This document shows, piece by piece, positions 1-13,169 of a DNA stretch of 64,000 bases; the first letter of the stretch is position 1; each line of letters begins with the position of its first letter. The notes under the pieces were generated by a model. That model was given only the letters and a program-made list of their open reading frames with translations. It had not been told where the DNA came from and made no database searches. The stretch covers positions 30,634,011 to 30,698,010 of the forward strand of contig NC_068985.1 of the NCBI RefSeq assembly GCF_001194135.2, given 5' to 3'. The stretch is from Octopus bimaculoides (lineage: Eukaryota). A program made the translations under genes and the position numbers.

Positions 1-222
1 GAGCGTGGCCGTTTTCGTGCGGGTGACACGTAAAAGCACCCACTACACTCTCTGAGTGGTTGGCGTTAGGAAGGGCATCCAGCTGTAGAAACTCTGCCAA
101 ATTAGACTGGAGCCTGGTGTTGCCATCCGGTTTCACCAGTCCTCAGTCAAATCGTCCAACCCATGCTAGCATGGATAGCGGACGTTAAACGATGATGATG
201 ATGTTGATGATGATGATGATGT
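1..222 (+). mobile_element. 3' part of an RTE-tailed SINE or RTE 3' UTR, ending in a (GAT)n tail
   Basis: Ends in CCAACCCATGCTAGCATGGATAGCGGACGTTAAAC-(GAT)n; this tail matches, in reverse, the 3' end of the RTE LINE at about 47345-47410. Confidence 0.75.
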
Positions 223-435
223 TCTTTTATTCTTTTACTTGTTTCAGTCATTTGACTGTGGCCATGCTGTATCTATGTATTATATGAACGCAAGCCTGCC
301 AGAGGTGATTACTGAACAAGAACAGTCAACGTCGACTTACGACGGACAGCCGAAGACTATATGTATATATGAGGGTGTTGGTTGGCAAAATCATCAAAAT
401 GTTGAATGGAATGGATATTTTTCTTCCTCTCTTAG

Positions 436-1087
436 TTCGATCCCATTGCAATTTACTGCAAAAATCAGCTACTCGCACCAAGTATTGAGGTGATAAATCG
501 TGGTATTATCAGTAAACTCATCACTAGAGGATGTTATTACTTTGGTAAGTTATTGATCTTTGTGTTATATGTGTACCGATTTCATAAATGCAGATGGCAG
601 CTTTCAAACATTTTCTTCTTAGAAATTTGTTGATGGAAAATATTCTAACAGATATGCCATAGGCCGTTGTCAGCTTATGAAGCTATACTCCATTGGAAAA
701 TACTTAGGAGATGCCAAAAACAAAAACGTGAGCGTCAAAATCGCTACCGAGTGCACACCAAAGCTGCTATATGTTGCACTACATACCCTTTGAGTGAAGA
801 TTATAAGTATGTCATCACTCACGAATTTGAATGACCGAGAAACTATATTGCATGCCTCTAAAGAGACTGGCTTTATGCCATTAATTAATGACATGCTTGT
901 TAATGATAATTCAGACAGCTTACTTTTACTGCTTAATTGGCTAATTGGACCATATTTAGATGGAGAGGAGCAGTCACCTGAGATTTTGATTGCTAGAAAA
1001 ACTACTGACTTCTTCCATAAGACAGAAAGTTACTTTTTGTAAATGCGATTGGAGAACGTTACTGGGATTGGAGGTATATCGTGTTAA
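436..1087 (+). pseudogene. Unidentified degraded reading frame, possibly spliced
   Basis: Open frame 436-544 (FDPIAIYCKNQLL...GCYYF), a 49-nt GTAAGT...TGCAG intron-like segment at 545-593, then a phase-compatible frame of about 164 codons with three internal stops (620-622, 791-793, 1040-1042). Family not recognised. Confidence 0.3.
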
Positions 1088-1151
1088 GTCTTTCAACATA
1101 ATGACTGGGATCTGATTTGAGCCGGTTGTTTTCGACGAATCAAGATAATCT

Positions 1152-1296
1152 TATTTCTTTATTGCCCACAAGGGGCTCAACATAGAGTGGACAAACAGGG
1201 ACAGACAAAGGGATTAAGTCGATTACATCGACTCCAGTGCGTAACTGGTACTTAATTTATCGACCCTGAAAGGATGAAAGGCAAAGTCGACCTCAT
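1152..1296 (-). mobile_element. Partial tRNA-derived SINE with Nin/Deu-type central domain
   Basis: Reverse complement contains GAGGTCGACTTTGCCTTTCATCCTTTCAGGGTCGATAAATTAAGTACCAG, a core shared with the copies at 24925, 34068, 35741 and 35987. Confidence 0.75.
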
Positions 1297-1945
1297 CTGT
1301 AGGTTTAGACACATTCCTGACTGATATTCAAATGTAGGAATAGTAGTTGGCACGATTGAAAAACTCGGTAAGGAATGGAATTGGATGCAAAGTTCTAAGT
1401 AAACAGCATGGGATATCAAACTGCTTTTAGATCGAGACCCTGCCAAAAAGTGAACTTGTGCTCTGTAAAAGGTTTCGATTTCAGACAAATTAGTGTGTCG
1501 ATCCTTAATATTGGTACAAGAGAAAAATACATTTGAATTTGTTTCGCCTCTGTTTTGGGATATACATACACGTGTGTGCATGTGCGTGTTTGTGTGTCTG
1601 TGTACGCGCGCGTTTACTAGAGATACAAGCACACGTAGAAATAAATAGGATGTAGCGATGCTGGTTATGTTTATCAATAATAGGATTTGGGGAAATACCT
1701 CAAGGTAGCCTTATTAGTAAATAGTAAATGCCTATACTATAGTGCCTCGTGTATGCAATAGAATGAGTTGGAAAATTTTCGAATAACAAGGATTACCCTT
1801 GTAATTAAAAGACAAAAATACTCCTTGGTGGTATTTAAAATAGCCAAAGACAAAAAACAAGGGAGATAACCTCAATAACATCAACTAATCTTCACATACA
1901 CAAAAATATATTCATATATGTGTGTGTTTGTATGTGTGTGTGTGT

Positions 1946-1992
<47 letters not shown>

Positions 1993-2405
1993 TACGCACA
2001 TGCATGCTTGCGCATATTTATATATATACATATATATACGTAGGATATGCACACTAGCATACACAGCTAAAATAAGAATATGTCCGAAGCGACAGCACTC
2101 AATGCCGAATGGTAGGATGTAATGTAATACAATCAAAAGCAAAGATTCGAAGATTACAGTTTCTTTCACGTTATTGTCATATTTACATAATCACGTCCAC
2201 CTGGCCTTCGGTCTCTCACAGTTCCTTTTTCGATTCCAGAATATACAAGACGTTATTGAGAGAGTTCGGTGTATTTTGGGTATCTCAATGGAATCAGGAA
2301 TCGGACTAAGTCAGTTATCCATCCAAAGTACTTGTTTTCTTTCTTTTTATCAGTAACTATGTCTAAGGGAAAATGTTAACAAGAAGAGAGAGCAAGAGAG
2401 AGAGA

Positions 2406-2502
<97 letters not shown>

Positions 2503-2959
2503 CAGATTATTTAGGAAAAAAAAGGAGGAACAACCAAAGCAAAGAGTCAAGTATCAGAAGTTCGATGTTATATGTAAAGTGTTGAGTTACATCTACGCTA
2601 AAAAGGAACCAAAGTACGATTATCAGTGTGTTGTGAAGTTATCAGGGTAGTTTTGATTGTGATTTAAGGATGTATTTCCGTTCATGCGTGCATTTTCCTA
2701 GTATTTCTAATTTTGTGTTCAAGTAGATGTCTAGCTTCTAGGGTTAAAATATCAGCCTCTTCTCAGAAGTACATAAATTTAAGAAGGTTTTTTCTGCCGT
2801 TCCTTTATGGTATGGATCTCTCTGGTATTTTATTATTTTACACTGTTGCATGAGTCAATTTCTTTCAAAACCATATGTAGCTAGAGAGTTTTGTCGCGTG
2901 TCATTCTTTGATATTTTAAAAGTTGGGCAGGTATTCTAGTATCTAGAAAAGGGCAGTCT

Positions 2960-3400
2960 ATGAAGCTCTCCCTGCAGAAATATTAATGATTACTCCATGG
3001 AGAGCTCTGGCAATGTCAGTAACGGTGTCTACTAAGCAGTTGAGTGTTTACACCCCAACTGAAGAAACTTTGTCAATCGGTGTTTGGAATAATCAAAGGG
3101 TAACTTAAGACATAATACTATAATCATTTGTCCAACTTCAGGAACAGCGAGACACTACTTTCGACTAAACTCTCCACTTACATCTGGGTTTTCAAATAAT
3201 CAACCTCAAACAAGTGTGCAAAAGGTAAATTACTAGAAAGGTTTAAGCCATACAGGAACAGCAATAAAAACTACGATTTGTGCACTACTGAAAAAGGTTC
3301 GTATTAAAACCCCCCAAAGTCATTAAATGCGTATCTGAACTCAAGACCAGAAATATTAGAAAAACGAAATGATCCCAAGATTATGACTGGGACCGTCTCA
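2960..3400 (+). mobile_element. Penelope-like element remnant (GIY-YIG endonuclease C-terminus)
   Basis: Broken frame KLSTYIWVFK*...KLLERFKPYRNSNKNYDLCTTEK resembles the PLE C-terminal pattern LSKYIW...KPY...C.LC..EK. Confidence 0.6.
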
Positions 3401-4084
3401 ATAATTCCAGAATACATTAACGTGACTTTCACACTCCGACACCTGCTAAACGTAGATGTAAGAATATAATTTTGGCAACTCAACACTAAAGACTTAATGC
3501 CTACTAATATATGAATCATTGCTCCAGCATTTCTTTACAACTTAAAATATTCTTCAGATAAAATACTGTGCGTTTATTTCACCCCATTTGTCTTTACTAA
3601 TTTCTTTTACCAGTCCATTAGCTTTTTATCCACCTGCTGTCTGCATATCTCTCTGCTTATCTTACTATGTTACTATGAAACGGTCAACTCCTATCGAACC
3701 ACAATTACTATTCATCAGGTTAAGACAGTTTGTGTGAATAATTGATTTACTCCCCTACCAGAGTTCACTGAAATATCCAAAATGTACCAAACACTTTAAA
3801 TAATTTCTTGTTTCTTCCGAAAAAAAAAAAGTAGACACTGCATGAGAGACTGATGATGGTGGTCTGGATATGCAACAACGCATAATTACATGAAAGAAAT
3901 TGTTGCCATCTCGAATTCTACATAAATATATGTGTGTGAGTGTCTGTGTGTGCACGCGCTTACATACATGTAGTTATATGTATTTGTATATGTATACAAA
4001 TACATATAACTATATACATACATACATATATATATATATTCATATATGTGTGTGTGTGTGTGTGTTTGTGTGTGTATCTATCTA

Positions 4085-4129
<45 letters not shown>

Positions 4130-5029
4130 NNNNNNNNNNNNNNNNNNNNNNNNNNNNNNNNNNNNNNNNNNNNNNNNNNNNNNNNNNNNNNNNNNNNNNN
4201 NNNNNNNNNNNNNNNNNNNNNNNNNNNNNNNNNNNNNNNNNCTAAGTTAAAGGTAAAAATAAAGCAACCCTGAAAAGCACAACTGATTTTTACACACAAA
4301 CGCACAGAATAACAGCAATCAAATAACGACAGTTGAGTCCGCAACAAACATCAGCGATCTGACTGTCGCTTGTACTCTTGACAAGAAATGCCAGTTAGTC
4401 TTTTACACCTGCCAGACACCTGTTGGGTAATTTTTCGTTCCTTTAAGAATATTGTAGAACGGAAACTTTTCATAGATTGGAATTTAAATTCTAATCTCTA
4501 TAGAAATTCATTGTTTCAAGAAAACATTGAATTTGAATAACTTTTAATTTTTACGATTATAGATAACAACTCGGGCTGTAATCATGAGATGTCGGCGTCG
4601 TAATCAGTTTGTAAGGTTTGGTTCTTCGTTGATTGCCATTATGTAAAGATGAAAGAACAGTGATTGGAGATGTAAAGAAAATATTTATTTTTACCGTTGC
4701 ATTTATATAAACCTTGCCTCGGCGGGCAGGTGATGAAATCGTAAAGCATGCGAAGTATAAAAATTAATTTCGGCCTGTATGTTCTTATTGTAGTAGTAAA
4801 CCATAGAGAGATATATGATAATGTGCAGAGAAGAGAGAGTGAGTTAGTTAATGTGAGAGAGTGTTAGTCGCTGATTCTAAACTTCTTTCTTTTACCCTCT
4901 GGTCATTTGTCTGCCTGCTTGTGGCCATGAGTCTAGTGGTCGGTTCACTATAACTCATGTCAGCCCTCTCTCATCTCCTGAGTTATCACCAAGTGACTAA
5001 CTGATTTTTGCGTGGGGGTTCTTGTTTTT

Positions 5030-5380
5030 ATAACTATCCAGAAGGATAGACATATCGATGAGAACAATGGGCTTCATTGGTGGTACTGTGATATCTTAAT
5101 TCTAGTTTTTGGTGGCTTATAAGAGGTTAGAAGGGTCAGGTGGTGAAGACATTAATTCGGCCTTGCTAAGGCATCTGGAAAATGTAAAACTGCTCTCACG
5201 GAAAAAACCCATTGTTCCACCGTGAGAAAAGTTCTGTTGAAGTGTTAATTTAAATTTGGCTATGGTTGATCGAATCCACTTCATATATATTCCTATATTA
5301 ACTACTCATCTGTCAGTGTTTCTAGCACGCAGATGATTTCCTTGCAGATTATTCATTTTAACATAAATATGAGCAAGATC
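5030..5380 (-). mobile_element. Possible PLE reverse transcriptase remnant
   Basis: Highly degraded minus-strand frames with weak resemblance to the PLE RT C-terminal region; many stops. Confidence 0.3.
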
Positions 5381-6094
5381 AAAAGAAGTTTTTTCGTTTG
5401 TTTTGCTCGTCTTGTATCACAATTTGTTCAAACCGATGACTAGTCAAAGAATGTGAGGTCGTATCAGATAATTATTATTTTCTTTTATGTGGAAACTGAG
5501 GGATGAAGCAAAGCGCAAGCTCGATTCGCAGGAACATAGCGTGTGTTATCGTAGCACTGACTATAATTACAGTATTTATGGTGGCTGATACCATAACACT
5601 GTCTGATGTCTATCTTAAATGTTAAAGTTTCTTTACGTTTGTTACGCAATCTCTGAAGATTTGATAATGTAATCAGCTTAGATTTTTCCTTATATAACAG
5701 ATATTATTGTTAATAAAACACGTGTGTGATGACGTAGCTAAATACTTAATCAACAACTTCTTCAGTTATGTTTCCTCTCTGTTTGTTCACACACACACAC
5801 ACACATATACATACATAAGCACACACACACACATACATACATACATACATACATACATACATACATACATACATACATACATACATACATACATACACAC
5901 GCATGAATTCAAGTGTCCATATATGTACAAACATATATTCACTGATAATCTCTACAACAACCGATCCCCGCCTCTTCTCCAGTTCACACTCACACAATCA
6001 TACACTGCCTCACTGACTGCCAAGTTATATTTTATCACAGTTTCATTTTCTAATCGCGAAAACATACCACCAATTTTCACACACCATCACATTT

Positions 6095-6890
6095 GTTGAC
6101 TTACACCCTCAAATCCTAAGACTTTCATAGTTTCACAACCATGTACATAAATATATATATAAAGGAATACAAAAAATGGGACAAGAACGCAAAACATCCA
6201 GACAGCTATATGATACAAAAAAGGTACAACAAAACATCCAGACATGATACAAAAAAGGGACAAGAAAATATATGGACGGGTCATTGGAAGTTTTCTTTCC
6301 TCAGTCGAGTTCCCGATTATCTTTGCAATTTCGGCTGGTTATACTCGAGATTGCCCCAATCTGGCCAGCCCCAAAGAAAAACTAGGCTAAGAGCACTAGA
6401 TTCCTTGGAAGAAAGCAGCGAATGTATACGAAAACAAGGATGGAAAAAAACGGAGAAATGGTACACAAACACAAATGCAATTAACAGGACATAACAACAG
6501 GCGTCTTTCGACTAAGGACGAATTAAATTAAGCTGGCGTGTGTGGAAGTGAAGCCTTACGGCAGGGACATAAGAAATGACAGGCATGGGGAGGAATATAG
6601 ATGTTGCACTGATGGTAGTCGAACCAAGAAAGAAAGGTCAGGCTTGGCCGAACACCGGTCACGTGGAGAGAGAGAGAGGAGAGAGGTTGAGGCAGAGGGA
6701 CAGAAGAATTAGGGATGGACGAGAAAGAAAAGGGACAGAGTGAAGTGAAAGAGGAGGGAAGCTGAGAATGAAGCGAAAGTCAGGAAATGTGTGAGAAGGG
6801 GAACGAAAGAAAGAAGAGTGGAAAGAACGAAGTGTGAAGGGGCTGACAGAAAGAAAGAAAGAATGAAAAAATAAGAGAGTCGTACAAAAT
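6095..6890 (-). mobile_element. Probable PLE-derived terminal region
   Basis: Same layout as 18672-19340 and 41745-41960 on the plus strand: short A-rich internal repeats, a TTTCG half-hammerhead-like motif, then a GA-rich tract. No coding evidence. Confidence 0.3.
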
Positions 6891-7110
6891 TTATATATAT
6901 ATATATATATNNNNNNNNNNNNNNNNNNNNNNNNNNNNNNNNNNNNNNNNNNNNNNNNNNNNNNNNNNNNNNNNNNNNNNNNNNNNNNNNNNNNNNNNNN
7001 NNNNNNNNNNNNNNNNNNNNNNNNNNNNNNNNNNNNNNNNNNNNNNNNNNNNNNNNNNNNNNNNNNNNNNNNNNNNNNNNNNNNNNNNNNNNNNNNNNNN
7101 NNNNNNNNNN

Positions 7111-7141
<31 letters not shown>

Positions 7142-7619
7142 TATTATTTGACTGTCAAGTACTTAATGTAAATCATTTAATAAGCTAATTTGAGAGGGAA
7201 CAAAACGACTAGTACTCTAATGGTATTTCAACCGTGTATCGTTTGTAACTGCGTACCAATTACACTACAGTGTGCTTGCTGTTTTATTCTAAACAATTTA
7301 TAATCGTTTATATTCGCTGGGTAAATCTTTGTCATAACGAATCCTGGTTTCAGTTTTATATTTCACTCCGTTACACAATAATAAAATGCCTTCGTGCTTG
7401 GGTCTGAGTAACTGATGAATTTTAAGTGGAACAAGAAAAACATTTGTAGAGGTTGAAGTGTTGATTTATATAAGTAGCACATTTAATACTTGTAATCAGT
7501 AACGTAGTCACCTGACAGTTAGTTTTGGCCCTTTTGTTGCACCATATTAGTGTTCATGTTCAGCATACCAAAAAAAAAAAAAAAGCATGTATTGGTCTGT
7601 TTCCCGAAGACTTGAAAAA

Positions 7620-8260
7620 GAGTAATATTGACATGAAGTGCAACCTCTCTTGGACTAATGACCGCAAATCTCATCACACTTCAAAGGTTATGCATTTGCA
7701 ATACAAGATCAGGAGACTGCTACGAAATACATAATAAGCAAAAGAGACAGTGACATTCTTGAAGCTCCAGGATGCAACCGAAAATGTAGATTATGTAATA
7801 TTTCTGTGAAAGATATCACACGTGTGCTTAGCAGCTGCCCAAAAGTGTCATCAAAGTAATACTTCCCTACGCGACACGACTTTGTCGCTAAAACAATATG
7901 CAATGACATTCAGGGGAAAAAAAAAGACTGTCCAAGAATATAGAGAATCCCCTTGTTAGTGAATATATACGCAACCATCAACACAAAGAATACTGGTGGA
8001 ACGTTCTCATCAAAACATCAGTCGACTGTAAATATAACATGCCGGATATTGTTTTTTGGGGCAACAAGAAAAAGTATGTGCAGTCATAAAGGTCAGCTGT
8101 CCTGGTGATGTGAATATTTCTTTGAAAACCAAAGAGAAAGGGAATAGCTATAGACAACTGCTTCAAAGCCTTCAGCTTCCTTATCCAGATTATAAGATTC
8201 ACAATTATAACAATAATAATTGGTGCCCTTTGGTTGTGCGAGTGACAATCTGGATAAGCT
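7620..8260 (+). mobile_element. R4/Dong-like non-LTR retrotransposon 3' fragment (CCHC knuckle plus restriction-like endonuclease)
   Basis: Frame GYAFAIQDQE...CRLCNISVKDITRVLSSCP...RHDFVAK...NMPDIVFW...IKVSCPGDVNISLKTKEK matches RLE-clade motifs; contains stops. Confidence 0.75.
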
Positions 8261-8564
8261 AGGGTTTTCAGGAAAAGAAATCAACCAACTAACTCGCACA
8301 TTACAAATACAATCTGTAAGAGGAACAGTAAAAATATGCAAGACTTTTATCAAATTTAAAATGTGACATTGTTTTTGTTATCTACATTCCAACTATGGAG
8401 GTTCGTATCTCTGTTAGAAACCAGCTCCTTCATCAGAGGAAGAATTCGAATAATTAAACACACGCGCACGCACCCACGCACACGCGCGCACACGCACACA
8501 TACACACGCATACGCACGCACACACACACACATGCATGTATATACAAATTTGAGTTCAGGAACT

Positions 8565-8597
<33 letters not shown>

Positions 8598-8639
8598 CTT
8601 TTGACAGATGATGCAGTGCATACCGCCTTTTTCTGTTCA

Positions 8640-9240
8640 CTGGCTTTTCTCTGCCACTCATCAAAGAGAAAAAGTCATGTTGCGAACGAAGAATCACTTA
8701 CTACCTTGGTAGCAAGATTGTTCCAGACTAAAATATGCTGGTGGAGAGCCTGCAACGCAAACCTGGAAGAACCAATATGAACTATGTTCGTTGATACTTG
8801 TAACTCTCTCCAGTCGTTAATGCCGGTTTTCCTAACACTGGCTGAAGAACACAGTGCCTGGTGGACGGAAACTTTGTCATGAGAGTCCAATAAAACGATT
8901 ATCCGGTAGTCTACTGCAGAAGTAGGACACATCTTCTGCTCTCAGAATACCTTTGTACTATGAAAATAAAGACACTGGAAGCGGAGACAATGTAGATCTG
9001 GACACGCAACGTCACTAAAGGACCTAATATGGAAACTAAAAGAAAAAATGAAATATGAAATCGAATGGTCCATAAAAATATGCACACCCGTATAATACAT
9101 TATCCGGAGGTTGTGACTTGCGCCTTGAAGAAGCATTGTATATCCTGTTGAGCCAAGAAATCCCAGTGGACAAACATAGTGAGAAAATTCCGAGACATTA
9201 CCACCGATTGAAATATACATCTTCCCGATACCGCATAGAA
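8640..9240 (+). mobile_element. Penelope-like element remnant (GIY-YIG C-terminus)
   Basis: LKEKMKYEIEWSI...PYNTLSGGCDLRLEEALYILL...HSEKIPRHYHR across frameshifts. Confidence 0.6.
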
Positions 9241-9392
9241 GAATAACAATAATACAGTAAACTTTCTCCCCTCCTCTCCCCTCTCCTCATTCTTTCCTAT
9301 CCTAACATACTAAAAATATCATAACACCCACATCGCTGTCTTAATATGTGTACATGGGGCTGTGTATATATGTATACATGTGTACTTGTGTG

Positions 9393-9449
<57 letters not shown>

Positions 9450-10340
9450 GTCACATAGCTGAAATATGCAGATGACATCAAGCTGTACCTCGAAATAAAA
9501 AGAACAGATCCTATGCGCTATAGATCTTTCCTGCAATCAGACCTGGATACAATGCAGCAATGGATCTCTGACTGGCAACTCAAGCTAGCTGTGGACAAGT
9601 GCGTCACCATACATTTTGGGAGGAAAAATCTAGCCTTTACATATTCCCTCAGCAACATCAATCTCAAGAAGTCTTCTAGCGGACATGATTTGGGCATTAT
9701 TGTAAGCAACGATCTGCGTTGGACAAACCACATTGTCAAGAAGGCTGAGGGGGTGCTAGCATCACCCAGTAAGACATTTGTCAGCCGCTCTCCAGTTATC
9801 TATTTAAAACTGTATACGACAATGTTATGTCCACACTTGGAATTTGCATCACCAGTCTGGAACCCCTATCTTGTTCAGCATATAAATCTCCTGGAAACTG
9901 TTCAGAAACGTACAACAAAACGAACACCCGCCGTTAGACATCTACCATACTCTGAACGTCTTGCTTCCCTGGGAGGCATGGATACATTGAAGCTCAGATG
10001 TCTGGCAACTGACTTGGTAGACACCCACAAGATCATCCACCATCTTTCCAACAACAACCTTGAGCTCCATTTTTTAATTTCATATGACAAACACTGCGGA
10101 CATGTTTATAAAATCAAAAACAACGCAGCACCCATGACTTTCGGAAACATTTTTCCACGCTCAGAATTGTTGAAGCATGGAATAAACTACCCACATCAGC
10201 TGTTAGCTGTCAAGACATGACACGCTTCAAAACTTCCATACTTCCTGAAATTCTCCAACAGTACACTTGATAGCCTTTTCTTTTGCTTTTTTTTTTTTTA
10301 GTTGTAGTGCACCTGAGCACTGTATACAATTCCTTCATTA
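9450..10340 (+). mobile_element. 5'-truncated CR1-clade LINE (RT C-terminal half and 3' UTR)
   Basis: LKYADDIKLY, QSDLDTMQQW..DWQLKLAVDKC, DLGIIVSNDLRW..HI, PHLEFASPVWNPY...LETVQKR (ORF 9513-10220); frameshifted near its 3' end. Confidence 0.85.
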
Positions 10341-10454
10341 TATGTTGCATGGGTAAGCGTACGTACGGATGAGTATATGTCTGTGTGCAAATGGGTATGT
10401 ATGCATACGCGCATGTGTGTGTGTGTGTGTGTGTGTGCACGTGTGTGTGTGTAT

Positions 10455-10487
<33 letters not shown>

Positions 10488-10557
10488 CATGCATACATAC
10501 ATATACATATATATGGGTGTGCGTGCGTATGTATATATATGGATCGATGTGTATATT

Positions 10558-10962
10558 CTTTTATTCTTTTACTTGCTTCAGTCATTTTGACAGTGCCCAG
10601 ACTGGAGCACCGTCTTTTAGTCGAAGAAATCAACCCCTGAACTTATGCTTTGTAAGTCTGTTACTTACTCTATCAGTCCCTTTGGCGAGCCGCTAAGTTA
10701 CGGGCACGTAAACACACCAACATCGGTTGTCAAGCGATGGTGGGGGAACAAACACACAAATATATACATACATACATACATACATGCATACATATATACA
10801 TACATACATACATACATACATATATGACGGGCTTATTTCAGTTTCTGTCCACCAAATCCACTCACAAGGCTTTGGTCGGCCGGTGGCTATAGAAGAAAAC
10901 ATTTGCCCAAGGTGTCACGCAGTGGGACTGAACCCCGAACCATGTGGTTGAGAAGCAAGCTT
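10558..10962 (-). mobile_element. tRNA-derived SINE (family A) with internal microsatellite
   Basis: Reverse complement is colinear with the full-length copy at 53248-53643 (CCACATGGTTC.GGGTTCAGTCCCACTGCGTG head through GACTGAA.CAAGTAAAAGA tail). Confidence 0.85.
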
Positions 10963-11994
10963 GGTATGTATGTATATGCGCACGTATGTGTATATGTGCG
11001 AATATTTGTGTGTGTGTTTTACAAGCATAAGTATATATATATATATATATATATNNNNNNNNNNNNNNNNNNNNNNNNNNNNNNNNNNNNNNNNNNNNNN
11101 NNNNNNNNNNNNNNNNNNNNNNNNNNNNNNNNNNNNNNNNNNNNNNNNNNNNNNNNNNNNNNNNNNNNNNNNNNNNNNNNNNNNNNNNNNNNNNNNNNNN
11201 NNNNNNNNNNNNNNNNNNNNNNNNNNNNNNNNNNNNNNNNNNNNNNNNNNNNNNNNNNNNNNNNNNNTATATATATATATATATATATATATAGGTGTGT
11301 GTGTGTGTGTGTGTGTGTGCGTGTGTGTGTGTGTGAATTTGTATATGTAAGCGTGCATGAGCGTATATATGTAACGTTGTAGGGGCGTATATTCAAGTAC
11401 GTATGCGTATATGTATAGACGAGAGCATGTATGTGTACATACGGGTGTGAATATATGTAGATCTATATAGAACGATGTATATCTACATGTAAGCTCGTCA
11501 ACTGAATGACCGGTGAATTCTTGAAGGTCAGCCAATGACAATCATAAATGTAATCGACCATGAAGAATGTATTACCAGAACAAAGAAATAGATTGACATT
11601 CCCTTTAATATGAACCTCAATACTTACCATCTTTAGCATAGCCATCCTTCCATATCATCTATACATTTAAAGCAGATTCACCAACAGACTTTCAACGACA
11701 ATGTACTTTTTGATATACTGAGTGGTTACTACCACCTCGCATAACCACGACAGATAGAAAGGATGCGGTTGAAGCCGAAAATTTGAATTTACGTAACACA
11801 GAAACAATATTTATATATCACCTGATGAAATACAACAAGATATCACAATGCGGAGAAACGGTAACATAACCAAATATCTGAGAACCTGGAGAACTACGTT
11901 GTGTGGAAACAATCGTAGTGATTACAGATAAATGTTCCTCTATACTCCTTCTTGTTGACTCCAAGTTATTCAATTATATGTGTGCGTATATATA

Positions 11995-12078
<84 letters not shown>

Positions 12079-13128
12079 GAAAAAGGAGAAAATCAAACAA
12101 TTTGATTTTGTAAATGTAGTTAGCTTTCTTCTTTTATTCATGTTATATATGATAAAAATGTTGCAAAATTAAATTCTCTTCTTCGCTTGTTGATAGAGGT
12201 TCGTAAATTGTTATGTATTAAGTACATTATACGAGTACCATATTTCAACTCAGTCTTCTTTCACCTCAACTATATAGTTGTTTATATTTTGATTTAAGGA
12301 AATGGCCATAAAAGATGGAAAGCTCGTATCTCTAGCTCTTATGTTTTATGTTGCATCGCTATGGTTTTGTTGTCATCCACACATTGCAAATAGTTGACAG
12401 TTGGATGAAAGTTTAAAATTTCTTTCATCTTTCGAGGAGAATTTTCATCTAGCTAATTTTTAAAATGTTTGTTAAAGGCAACACAGTCATTAAATAGTGT
12501 AAGCCACATATTAGGTGTGGGGTATGCTGGGGTAGGAAATATAATGAGATAATGTGACCCCTTCACATATCTGCCGACGTACTGTAAACAATTTTCGTGA
12601 GTTCGTATTGATAGATTGAGATATTTTGGTTTGTTTTCAATATTTTCCTATAAGCAAGAGTTACTGTGTCTCATGAATTTATATGCTCATTAGGCTCTCT
12701 TCCCAACCATAATATGGCCGCAGGGCAGTTTTTAGATACATTTAAAACTAAATTTTTAAGAAGTGTCTTATACGCCAAGTACGGTAAATAATTATTTCTT
12801 ATACTTCAAGAAGTATACATACAGTATAACCTTTTGTACATATGAACAGATATTTTAGTGGCATGAGAGAAAGAATAACAGAAGTATATTGATCACTTCA
12901 GACATTGATTTACCAATTGTTGTCATGACTTAAAGTGGAAATGATCTGGGCAACCATATTGGATAAAAAAAGGTATCTTGTTACAAACGTATAATATAAA
13001 TTGATATATATGAATAGAAAAGTTGCAAAACGAAAACTTCTCATCCTTATTCATGATACATATTGAATTCGGAATATTAACTTATCAAATATATTGCGAT
13101 ATTAATACATATGTGTCAGTAGCGAATA

Positions 13129-13169
<41 letters not shown>

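Noticed and set aside
620-1042. Stop-codon readthrough or selenoprotein explanation for the interrupted frame at 594-1087
   Set aside because: The stops are TAG, TGA and TAA, one of each, which fits random decay rather than recoding.
11821-11870. CTGATGA...GAAAC hammerhead-like spacing
   Set aside because: Stem II and stem I do not pair.
12302-12397. Signal-peptide-like mini-ORF MAIKDGKLVSLALMFYVASLWFCC
   Set aside because: Only 31 aa, weak donor, no linked downstream exon; hydrophobic ORFs arise easily in T-rich DNA.
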